Source of the DNA: a virus
Strand: one strand, 5' to 3'
Length of the DNA: 64,000 nt
Virus record (IMG/VR): IMGVR_UViG_3300025117_000050
Span: 1-64,000 of that record
Part shown: piece after piece, positions 45,607-56,200 of the stretch
Position numbering within the stretch: position 1 is the first letter of the stretch
Layout: each line of letters starts with the position of its first letter
Notes under the pieces: model-generated
The model's input: only the letters and a program-made list of their open reading frames with translations
Databases searched by the model: none
Told to the model about the DNA's origin: nothing
Translations under genes and position numbers: made by a program

Positions 45607-45861
45607 TACAAACAAATAGAGGAGGAGATTGTTACGAATAAAACAGTTTACACAATAAAAGATGAAAATGACAAATATGTACATGGTAATAGTATTAAAA
45701 AAATTAATGAAAAGTATTATTATTCCCCATATTCATGTTTAGAAGATGGTTGTATTGCTTATACTAATAAAATAAGAGTAGAGGAAGCATTGACTACTCT
45801 TAAATTACATAATCAACTAGGTGGGCTAGGTCACAAATTTATTATTACGCTTGTTTCATAA
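45601..45861 (+). CDS. small hypothetical protein; true start probably just after the GAGGAGG at ~45619-45625
   Basis: ORF track plus internal SD. Confidence 0.5.
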   Translation: MFYKQIEEEIVTNKTVYTIKDENDKYVHGNSIKKINEKYYYSPYSCLEDGCIAYTNKIRVEEALTTLKLHNQLGGLGHKFIITLVS

Positions 45862-45883
45862 TCAATAAATAATAATTTTTCTA

Positions 45884-45912
45884 TTGACATAGCATACTAA
45901 TACATATATAAT
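45884..45912 (+). promoter_or_regulatory. consensus sigma-A promoter of the repressor operon
   Basis: TTGACA-17-TATAAT. Confidence 0.85.
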
Positions 45913-45959
45913 AATCATTAATGAGATATTATATATAAATAAAAAAGAGGTGAGTAACT

Positions 45960-47336
45960 ATGCTTAATATTAAAAATGCTATGTTGATAAAAGAATTAAA
46001 ACCACTAATAATTAAATATGGAAACAATTCAAAAATTTATAATCTTGTTCACGAATCCTTTATTAAAAAGGGTTTAACGGGTAGTAATGCAAAAAATCTA
46101 TTTACAGGTAAACTACCATTAGAATCTTTAGATATCACTTGTCAAAAAGAATTATATTTATTATTTTCTTTTACTGATAGCATGAGAAAAGCATTAAATT
46201 CATTTGATGAAATGTCTAAAGATACTTTTGGTTCAGAAGAAGAGTACTCAAAATTAAAACTAGAAAATTATTTTACTCCTATGGAAATTGAAGAGTTTAC
46301 GGATTTCGTGATAGAGAAAGAAGAAATAAGTAGATATCCTTACAGATTAAAAAACATGTTAAAAGTTGGGGAAAATCACTATATAGGCATTATATCTGCT
46401 AGAGAATTATCTTGGATAGATGCCTCCAATGACATTGTTTATGATTTCGCTGTACAGCGTGATCCCAAAATTGATATATTTGGCATGAAACGTATTAATA
46501 CTGATTTAAAGAAAATAGATGAAATGACAGAGAAGTTACTTTCTGGCAATTACTTTTCAGATGAAATTAAGTTAAATGTTAAGAATGATGGTGAAGATCA
46601 TATCGAATTCGATTCAAAAGACGGAATTTATGGTGATCTTATTATTCATTCAGGAACAATAACTTGTTTTGACGGTTATCACAGAAAAGCAGCCAATTCA
46701 AAAGTTATGAATATTAATAATGAATTGCAATTTAATTGGAAACTAGGTGTTACTAACTATCCAGAACCTAAAGCAAAAAAATTCATGATTCAAATTAACA
46801 AACAAAAACCTATTAAGATTGAACACATCAGAAATATTGATGAAACAAGAAATGAAAATGTAATTGTCAATAATATTATCAATAATTCTAATTCCGAACT
46901 TGCTGATAAGATTAAAGATTCTGATGCAGAATTAAAACATGGTGGATTAACTAAAAAATCTATATTATCTTTAGCAATAGAAGAACAATATAAGGAATTT
47001 TTAGTTACTAAAATCAATAATATTGAAATATCTAATTGGATAGTAGAATTCACAAATCATTTAATGGGATTATATACTAACGAATTTTTATTTAATGTAG
47101 ACAAAACTAAAAAAATAAGTTATATTAATCATAAGAATATGTTTATGGGATATATCGCACTTTCAAGAAAATTGTATAAGCAAGATGATTGGAAAAATAA
47201 AACTAAAAAAATAATGGAAAGCGTTGATTTTAGCATTGATAATGATATTTGGAAAAGTATTAAAATCAATGAAGATAATTTAAATAAAACATCAAAGAAT
47301 GAATTATATAATATATTTATTAAAAAGCAGGTGTAA
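45960..47336 (+). CDS. YopQ/SroE-like DndB/ParB-fold protein
   Basis: 458 aa; VQR and CFDGYHR (DGQHR-type) motifs, FMIQINKQKP; adjacent to a YopR-like gene as in SPbeta. Confidence 0.7.
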   Translation: MLNIKNAMLIKELKPLIIKYGNNSKIYNLVHESFIKKGLTGSNAKNLFTGKLPLESLDITCQKELYLLFSFTDSMRKALNSFDEMSKDTFGSEEEYSKLKLENYFTPMEIEEFTDFVIEKEEISRYPYRLKNMLKVGENHYIGIISARELSWIDASNDIVYDFAVQRDPKIDIFGMKRINTDLKKIDEMTEKLLSGNYFSDEIKLNVKNDGEDHIEFDSKDGIYGDLIIHSGTITCFDGYHRKAANSKVMNINNELQFNWKLGVTNYPEPKAKKFMIQINKQKPIKIEHIRNIDETRNENVIVNNIINNSNSELADKIKDSDAELKHGGLTKKSILSLAIEEQYKEFLVTKINNIEISNWIVEFTNHLMGLYTNEFLFNVDKTKKISYINHKNMFMGYIALSRKLYKQDDWKNKTKKIMESVDFSIDNDIWKSIKINEDNLNKTSKNELYNIFIKKQV

Positions 47337-47341
47337 AATAA

Positions 47342-48412
47342 ATGGTAAAACATAGAAACGGGAGAAAAAATTTAGCAGAAAGAGTGTTTAAGCATGATAG
47401 AGATGTTAAAGAAGAATTCTTAAAATCATTGAAACCCTCAACTGCTAATACTGTAAGAAGTATACTTTTTAAGGTAGATGAATATGAAGAATTAATTGGG
47501 AAAAGTATATATGATTTTAATTTAGATGATCGTGATGATTTTATTATATCTATGTTCCCTAATAAAAGTAAAGGTGTTATTAATACAACTAGATCATATC
47601 TGGTAGGATATATTAATTATTGTATTGACAATAACCTTGTTAGACATATGGAAAATAGATTTAGTTTAATCTCTAAAGATGATATAGATAATTATGTCAA
47701 TGATATGGCTATGCAAATGAAGTACCTGTCGAAGGAAGAAATTAAAGAAGCACAAAGTAAATTGGTTAATAATTGTGATAAATTAATTTTGCAATTAGTT
47801 CCTTTATCAGCCAGAGGTCGCACCGAAAAGGATAATACTAATGAAGAATTAATAAATTTAAGAGTGCAAGATGCTGTAGAATCTTACGAAAAAGGCAATC
47901 TAAAACTTTGGAATAATGATGGAGATTTTAGGTATATAAAAATTGATGATGAAACAATAGAATTATTAAAGAAAACTATAAATGATGATAAATATATCAT
48001 TAATAATGGAAGTGAATATAGTCGTAAAAGACATGATAAAAAACTTGGCAGAGGCATGGGAGAAAAAAGTTTCCCTTTAAATGATACTGGCTATGTTTTT
48101 AGAACTGCTGGCAAGAATAAAAGGGGTAAAGTTAAATCCAATTATTTTAATTCTAAAATTAATATAATAAAAGATTGGGTGGAGAATCCATTTATTAACA
48201 TAACTAATTTACACGCATCAGGTATGATTGATTATGTCATCCAATTAGAAAATGAAAAAGGAGAAGAATTAGATAATAACGACTATATAGATGTTTGTGA
48301 AAAATATTTATTTGGTAAACCTAGAATTTTGCCCAATGGTGAAAATGATTGGAGTATGTCAATATCAAAATTAAAGACAATGGTAAAAGATTATATTAAT
48401 ATTAAATCATAA
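47342..48412 (+). CDS. MrpR/YopR (SroF)-like tyrosine-recombinase-fold master repressor
   Basis: E..IGKSIYDF core-binding N-domain; DKLIL.L....EELINL and NL.ASGMI motifs; canonical HxxR not evident. Confidence 0.72.
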   Translation: MVKHRNGRKNLAERVFKHDRDVKEEFLKSLKPSTANTVRSILFKVDEYEELIGKSIYDFNLDDRDDFIISMFPNKSKGVINTTRSYLVGYINYCIDNNLVRHMENRFSLISKDDIDNYVNDMAMQMKYLSKEEIKEAQSKLVNNCDKLILQLVPLSARGRTEKDNTNEELINLRVQDAVESYEKGNLKLWNNDGDFRYIKIDDETIELLKKTINDDKYIINNGSEYSRKRHDKKLGRGMGEKSFPLNDTGYVFRTAGKNKRGKVKSNYFNSKINIIKDWVENPFINITNLHASGMIDYVIQLENEKGEELDNNDYIDVCEKYLFGKPRILPNGENDWSMSISKLKTMVKDYINIKS

Positions 48413-48424
48413 GGATGTGAAAAA

Positions 48425-49279
48425 ATGGCGAAAAATAGTATTAACTTATCTGACTATGAAGATATAGAAGTTTATAATATGGTTAGGTTTGGAATTATAG
48501 GTAGATTTCCTAATAATTTTTGGGGTGGATTAGATACTTATAAAACTGCAAAAGACCTGACTAGATATATGTTTGAAAATATTCTTGAATGGAGTATAGA
48601 AGATATTAAGCATAAGGTAACAGCAGATATTTTTTATGAAAATAAACTTGGTAATATGCTAAAAACACTTTTTGATAATAATTTATTAGATGCATTGCTT
48701 AACGCATACCCAGAATTAGCAGATTGGGTAGAAGAAAAAAAGAATAAAATTATTATCGAAAAAGAACCAAGAGAAAAATATACAGATGAAGAGTTAATAG
48801 AAAATTTACAGCAAAAATATAAGGAATTAAATAGAACACCTTATATAAGAGAAATGTCTGAACCAGAAGGAAATGTTTATATATCAAGATTTGGTAGTTG
48901 GAGTAATGCTTTAATTCTTGCTGAGTTAATTGAGGACATATGTGTAGATGTAGATAATTCAGAAGAAGCAATTAATAAAGCGCAAAGGGAAATTAAAGAT
49001 TTTGCGTATAAAGTAGAAAGATTACCAACTAAAAAAGAAGTAGATAATTTATTTTCTCCTGGAGAATTAATATCATATTTCGGTTCTTTAAAAGGACTTT
49101 ATGATTATTTAAGTGAAGGTTATACAGAAGAAGAATTAATAAATATATTAATTGATAAAAGAAATAAATTAGGGAGAAATCCAATAAATAAGGATATAAA
49201 ATTCCCAAGACCAATTATCTTTATTGATAAATTCAATAGTTGGGAGAATGCCTTAAAAGAAGCAAGATTAGATGAATAA
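48425..49279 (+). CDS. DUF4046-like domain plus homing-endonuclease-associated repeats (putative DNA-binding protein)
   Basis: RFPNNFW..RYMFE.ILEW..NAYP; repeats YT.EELI..L......L.R.P....F.SW.NAL..A. Confidence 0.65.
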   Translation: MAKNSINLSDYEDIEVYNMVRFGIIGRFPNNFWGGLDTYKTAKDLTRYMFENILEWSIEDIKHKVTADIFYENKLGNMLKTLFDNNLLDALLNAYPELADWVEEKKNKIIIEKEPREKYTDEELIENLQQKYKELNRTPYIREMSEPEGNVYISRFGSWSNALILAELIEDICVDVDNSEEAINKAQREIKDFAYKVERLPTKKEVDNLFSPGELISYFGSLKGLYDYLSEGYTEEELINILIDKRNKLGRNPINKDIKFPRPIIFIDKFNSWENALKEARLDE

Positions 49280-49300
49280 TTTAATCTTGCTTCTTTTATT
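49258..49300. terminator. terminator closing the repressor operon (possibly bidirectional)
   Basis: AGAAGCAAGATTA / TAATCTTGCTTCT followed by a T-run. Confidence 0.7.
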
Positions 49301-49533
49301 TATGTCAAACCCTTAATCCATTTTTCAGCAGCTAAACAGCATCCTTCAAAACTATTGAATTTAATATCTTCATTCAAAGAAATATAAATAATATCGTTAT
49401 CACGATCTATCTGAAAGTGATAGTAATATGTATCAGGCATATAATAAATATACGCTTTACATCCTTTTGCTCATCTTGCTATGCTGACCCACGTAGGGTA
49501 TACTTTACGCTTTAATATTCTTTTAAATTTCAT
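49300..49533 (-). pseudogene. minus-strand ORF with an in-frame TGA at codon 21
   Basis: SD AAGGAAG; MKFKRILKRKVYPTWVSIAR*AKGCKAY...KWIKGLT. Confidence 0.5.
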
Positions 49534-50405
49534 TATGTCACTTCCTTGATGATAAATTGGTTAAGCTATAAATGTTGTTTTTTGTCGATATTTATAAGAA
49601 TTTGCTGAATATTAATTAATATTATATCATTAAGTTAATATTTTGGGAATATTATAAGAGATATTGTAGTTTTGATGGTAATATATGATAATATATAGAA
49701 AAATATGGTAATAATCAATAAAAATACTAAAAATCTTGTTTTTCTATATTCAGAAACCCTTGTTTTATAAGGGTTTGTGGGATCGGATTTCGTGATAAAA
49801 TAACTCTTTTGTGTTGAGTTAAATATTTGAAAAATAATTGAAATATTTCTTGCATTTATTTTTACATTGTGTTATTATATGTGTAAGGTAAAAGTAAGTA
49901 AATAAAATATTAAAGAGAAGGAGAGATAATTTAATGAGTAGCATACATGACAAACCAGAATTATTAATTCCACCAAAAGGTGTTTGTATGAACCCACCGA
50001 GATTACATAATTTTAATTGTGAAGGGTGTAAGTATTTTGAGGGATGCACTAATGAAAAGAAAGGTAATTATAAGAAGACTAAATAGAAATAAATTGAATT
50101 ATTCAAAAAACAGTAGTATAATATAAGTAAACATTATTCAATAAAGGATGTTGCAAATGACTACAAACAACAATGAATCCAATATATATATTATTTGCTC
50201 AGGAGATAATTCAGGGAACATAGAAACATTCGATTATAGGTGTCCCAAGGAAGGGATTAATAAAGGTGATTGCAGACTAAATGGTAAAACATGTGAATAT
50301 TTTATAGGTATTAAAAATGATAAGTTAAATTTTGATATTATGAATATTAAGGGTTATTGTGAGTTTATATTGAATATAAAAAGTAAGTTTAGGTGATATA
50401 ATATA

Positions 50406-51017
50406 ATGAAACCTATAAACAAAGAATTAATCATCAAAGTATGTGAGCATATAATAGAACACAATCTTTCTTATAGAAAAATAGCTGATATATTCGGAAT
50501 CAATTTCAAAACTGTTTACAATTATACACAAATGATTGAAAGTATTGATTCCGAATTACATATAAAAGTCCAAAAATGTTTAAAAGAGAGAAAGGAAAAA
50601 CATCATAAACATTTATTGAAAAACTTAAACAATATCTATAAAGAAATTTGTGAATATTTTATTTGTGGAAGTACCATGAAACAGACTGGAATACATTTTA
50701 ATTCCAGTAATCGCTCTATACACTATTTATTCCATAATTATGTTAAATATAATGATCCTGAATTATATGTTATGATTTTAGAAATGATAGAATTAAATAA
50801 ACTTAAATCAATTAAGACACGTTCTGGAATAAGAAAGATGAAAAACATTGAAGAAAGATTAAATCTTTGTAAGACTATTATTAGTGACAAATTAACTTTG
50901 AAAGCAACAAGTGAAATATTTGATTTAGATGTAAAGACGATAAAAAGTTATATTAATAGTATAAGAGATGTGGATTATGGATTGCATGATGAAGTTTATA
51001 AACATTTGTGGAGATAA
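50406..51017 (+). CDS. protein with three tandem SpoIIID-like HTH units
   Basis: Units resembling I..I..SYRKIA..FG....TV......I..ID.EL...V. Confidence 0.65.
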   Translation: MKPINKELIIKVCEHIIEHNLSYRKIADIFGINFKTVYNYTQMIESIDSELHIKVQKCLKERKEKHHKHLLKNLNNIYKEICEYFICGSTMKQTGIHFNSSNRSIHYLFHNYVKYNDPELYVMILEMIELNKLKSIKTRSGIRKMKNIEERLNLCKTIISDKLTLKATSEIFDLDVKTIKSYINSIRDVDYGLHDEVYKHLWR

Positions 51018-52910
51018 GGAGGAATGAATATGTGGAATCAAAGCATTAAAACTGATTTTGAAATTAAAGGATTTAAATTAATTGGTAAAATTCATCAAGT
51101 AGAATATCTAGCAAAAATCAATGAAGATAGAGAATTAATATATGTGACTATGTACAATGACAAATCAACAGGTAATCCAAGAAGTTTAAGTGTGGATGAA
51201 ATTGAATTATTTTATAATGCATTGAAAATGTTAAAGGAGATTAAATAATGAAAATATTAAAAGTAATTGTAGATGAAGAATTGCCTAAATCGTGTAAAGA
51301 ATGTGGATTTAGGCATAATTGGGAAACAAAATGTTATTGTCATATAAAATCATATACTACTAGTAAAAGGAATCATTTCATAGGTAAATATGATGATATT
51401 AAAGGTAGACATAAAAATTGTCCGTTAGTATATAATGGTTAATATTTAAAGGAGAAATAAATATGAAAAACATTCAATTAGATATGATTGTTGAAACTAA
51501 ATTATCAGTTATTGAATTTAATAAAAAATTTATTGAATGGGTAGAATTTAATAATTGGACTTGTGGTGGGATAATGATTGAAGTAGATGATGATGGTAAT
51601 AAAATTAAGAAAAGTAGTCTAAAACAAACAATTATAAATCAATAGTATAAACTAGAAAACGCAAAACATTTAAAAGATGTGCTAATTATTTTACCTGAAG
51701 TAGAAGATAATTTGGATAAAAATTTATTTGATAATGAAGATGATTGAAATTTAATAGATTATTTATTATGTTTTAAGTGAAAGGATAAAACAATGAATAT
51801 AAAATTACCCATAGAGAAACAACAAAAATTTCAAATAGGTGATATATGTAAAATTGTTGAAAAGGGAATTTTTGAAGTTATAGTACAGTATCCTCCTTCA
51901 GAATTAGAAGATTATAAAAAAGACAGAGAATGTATTATTCTTCATACCTATTCACAAGTTTATTGGGGAAGTAATTTTAGTAATTATAGTGTATATTTGC
52001 TTCCAAGAAATAAAAATGAATATGCTGGAAATTTAGCATGGATAGAAGAAAATCAATTGAGATTCATAAGAAAATCAACAGAAAAAGAAATTACAATAGT
52101 GATTCAAGAAGATAATAAGATGCTATCTTATAAAAATTGTCCTTATACATCAATTTTTAATGAAACAAAACATGATTAAACTTATATTTTATGTCGATCT
52201 TGAAAGGATATTAAAATTATGAAACAAATTGATCAAGAAATAATAAATGATATACAATATTTATTAAATATGTATGAAGCATATATTGATGATATAGTTG
52301 GCGAAGCATGGGAAGATGAAAGGTTTATAAAACTTACTACTAAATATAGATTTACAAAAGAAAATTTACATAAAGGATTAGAAGATTTACATTGTTAATA
52401 ATAAATATATAGAGGAGGAAAAGTTTATGTTTGATTGGTAAGAAGAATATGACAAAATGTATGAGGTAAGTGGCAACATGTGGAGTAACGAGCAATGTCT
52501 ACAATTACAACATTCTCTTCTTGAGTATCAAGAATTAGGATGTCCTAATGGAGAGAATATTGGTGGTTGGATTACATGGAAAGTAAATAATAAAAATATA
52601 TAAATTAAGAGGTATAATATTATGTCAAAACAAACTGATAGAGATGTAAGGATGGTTGGTTTAGTTATTGAGCAACAATTAAAAGAAAAGAACGAAATAT
52701 TAAATATTTTAAAAGAGTTATATTATTGTTCTTCTAATCCTTGGACTGATGAACAAACACAAAGAAAATTAATTGCTCAGGTTAATGCAGAGGAAATTTT
52801 GAAAAAATATAATATGATCAATTAAAAATTTTACAATGAGGATATCATCATGCAAAAATTAAGAAACAATCGTAAACAAAAAGGTTTATAATATATATTG
52901 TGGTGAAAAG

Positions 52911-53216
52911 ATGGATAGAGAAGGAATCCATTGTACGTCTTGCAATAAACAATATAATATATGGGAAAATGAATACAGAACAATTCTAATTGAAAATTCT
53001 TTATGTCCTCAATGTGGTGAGCAATTAGATCGTGAAGGTTTATTTTGCTCAGAATGTTGTAAAAATTCTAGATTTAAGGCAAGGATTAGAAATGCAGAGA
53101 GAAGAGCGTTAGGTTTATGCGTTCAATGTGGAGAGAAAGCAGAAGAAGATAGGTCATACTGTCGTAGATGTTTGGATGCGAGAATGGATAGGTATAGGAA
53201 GAAGAAAGGAGGATAA
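52911..53216 (+). CDS. multi-Zn-finger protein (5' end apparently disrupted)
   Basis: Repeated GLC..CG/C..C units; upstream KGL*..YCGEK fragment. Confidence 0.55.
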   Translation: MDREGIHCTSCNKQYNIWENEYRTILIENSLCPQCGEQLDREGLFCSECCKNSRFKARIRNAERRALGLCVQCGEKAEEDRSYCRRCLDARMDRYRKKKGG

Positions 53217-56200
53217 ATATGATTTTGATTGTAAAAAATTATTTACATACTAACAAAACAGAACCAGTTAGATTGTGTTTTACAGAAATTGAAGCACATC
53301 AATGGATAAAAGAAAATGAACCAGAAATAGGTATTGTGTATAGGTATATAAATTATTAGATGATCAAAATAGTATTTATATTGAAATTTAACAAATATAT
53401 AAAGGAGAGAATATTATGATAAGATTAAGAGATATTTATTTAAATGAAGGAGAATTATTAGTCGTTTATTTAAAATGTTTTGATGGTACATTTGAGAGAG
53501 TAGAAATAAGTGTTGATAAAGATTGCAATAAAGAAATTAAACATGGTATAAGTGTTACTGGAAGATGTATTTTAGGATTAAATAATAATTATAAAAAGGA
53601 GAATAATCTATGAAAAATAAATGCGAATGTTGCGATAAACTTGTAGAGCAAGAATGGGAATTATTTCAAAGTGGAAATTGTAAAATTTGTGGTGATTGTG
53701 CTATTAAAGAAATTATGATAGTTCATGGTGTTTCTGAAAATGAAGCATATCATATTCTTGAGAGAATTCAATTTGGAAATGGATATGGGTATTAAGGAGG
53801 TTAATAGGCATGGAAGATATGATTAAACAAACTAATTCTATTAATAAATGTATTTGTCCGTATTGTAATGTAATGTTTTATGTTTACCCACCACCAGCAC
53901 ATGGTCAGGATAAAATTATAGTATGTTCTTCATGTAAAAAAAGAAATTAAAGTTACAGCTACAATTGAATTTACGTGCTATACTATTAAAGACCAATCAA
54001 AATCTACAACTCCTGTGATGAAAGAAAATAAATGTAATGATTATGACTATGAAAGAGAAATGTATTTAGCAGGACATAGGGATGCTTATAGGAATTTTGC
54101 AAGAAAAATATTTTAAGGAGAAAATTATTATGGAGATAAATGAAATAGAAAAACATTTAATTACTATATATGGAGAGAATGTATTTGAAGAAATGTTTAA
54201 TGAAGTTAAGTATTTAAAGAAATATTCAAATATTACTTTTGACCAAAAATATATAAAACTAAGTTTATCTTTTTGTGCTATAAAAGCAGAGCAAATAATT
54301 AATGGTGAAAAGAAAAAATGTAGTTTACGGTCATTGGTTAGTGAAAGTTTTGGAGAGGCAGAAATATATAGGAGTAATGTTTGTGGTGGTGTATTGTAAT
54401 TTATAAACGAAGATATGTTTTAAGGAGGATTTTAATATGAATGCAATTAAAGCAAGAATATTATTAGAACAAATAAAACCAACTCATCTAAATAATAAAA
54501 ATATGACAGAAACAATTAACCTAGCAATTCAAGCATTAAATAAACAAATACCAACAAGTCCAAAAATACAATCTTATTGCCCTGCGCTATGTCCTTCGTG
54601 TGGTAATGAATTGAGTGAAGATTTAGATGATGGGTATTATAAACATTATTATGGTTTAAGTATTTGCGAGTGTGGACAAAAATTGAAATGGAGTGATTAA
54701 TTAATTTAGGAGGAAATTTATATGACTGATGAATTATATGATGATTTAAAATTATTCGTATTAGTTAGAGATTATCTTAAAAAAGATAGTCAAAAATGTA
54801 TTAGAAATATTGGTGCATGTAACGAATGTGGTTTATGTTGGATGAGTGAAGATGAAATATTTTATCTTTTAGGGTATTTTAATGCTTGACAAATTAACAA
54901 AATATAAATATAATAATAAACAAAAGAAGGAGTAAATAAATATGAACAAACAAATTAGATTCTTAAAATGTAGTAATTGTGGATATGAAGATAGTTCTAT
55001 TCTTACAATGTCTTTACCTATCGGGAATGGCATATTAAAATGTCATAATTGCAAAGAAGAAGTTAAATTTAATGAATTTTATTGTGAACAAGGCAAAGGA
55101 ATGACATTTAAAGAATATGCTGAATTACTTAAATACATAGTAGATAATCATGGGTGGAGAAATTTTCTTAAAGAAGGTTCAAAACATATCAAATATATGA
55201 GAAATTCATTTGATACTAGGACGAATTTAATATTTTCTATTCAATTAGATAATGAGGATTTTACAATTGTAAATCAGAATAGACATAGAAATTTAAAAGA
55301 ATGGATTTATGAGTATTTGAAAAGTTAATAGAATAATAAATATAAAGGAGATTCAATGGATAATATAATCAATAATTTTATTTGTAGTAAGTGTAATGGA
55401 ACATCTGTATTTATTAAAAAGACTAATACACAAACAGGTTTGTATTGTTCTAAATGTGGTAAGTGGATTAAATGGTTAGGAAAAGAAGAAATTAGGTTAT
55501 ATGAAAGACAATTGGAAATAGACAAAATGAAGTCTGAAGTAGTTATGGAAGTAGAAGAACCTGAAATATAAATTAGTTTATCGCAATTTAGTAATGAAGA
55601 ATTGATTGATGAAATTAGAAAAAGAATGAATTAAAATATTAAAAAAATAAAGGAGAAAAATACATATGAACGACAATGATAATATTACTAGTATTTTTAG
55701 AGGAACAGTAGCAAGAAAAATATTTAGAGTTGTAAATAGATATTCACAATATAATATATACCATGATAAACCATACATACAAGGATATAAAGAGTTTATT
55801 AAACATGATATATTTTATAAGTGTGAAATAGAAAGACCACCGTTTGAAGCAGGTGAAAAGGTTTATATAAATGATCTTGATTTAACAGTTACAATTAAAG
55901 AAGCAATTAGAAGTACAAATGGAGAATATGTTTATAATACAGATTATTATTATGATATTATTGAAGATGAAAAAACTAAAGAATCTAAAATAGAAGCAGA
56001 AAAAATGTTAAAAGAAGAATTAATTAAATATAATGAATGTTTATCACAGCAATTAAAGCGAAATAAAAAGTGGTATCAGTTTTGGAAATAAATAGGAGGT
56101 ATACATATGACTAGAGAAGAAACAATTAATAAAATAAATGAAGTAAAAGCAATGAATTTACCACATATGAGTTATGCAAAACTAAAAGAATATTATGGTA

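Noticed and set aside
47342-48412. Active prophage integrase with att site
   Set aside because: Catalytic HxxR signature not evident; context and motifs fit an MrpR/YopR-type repressor; phage-like genes continue on both sides
49471-49473. Selenocysteine at the in-frame TGA
   Set aside because: No redox motif or convincing SECIS-like hairpin recognised; a nonsense mutation is simpler
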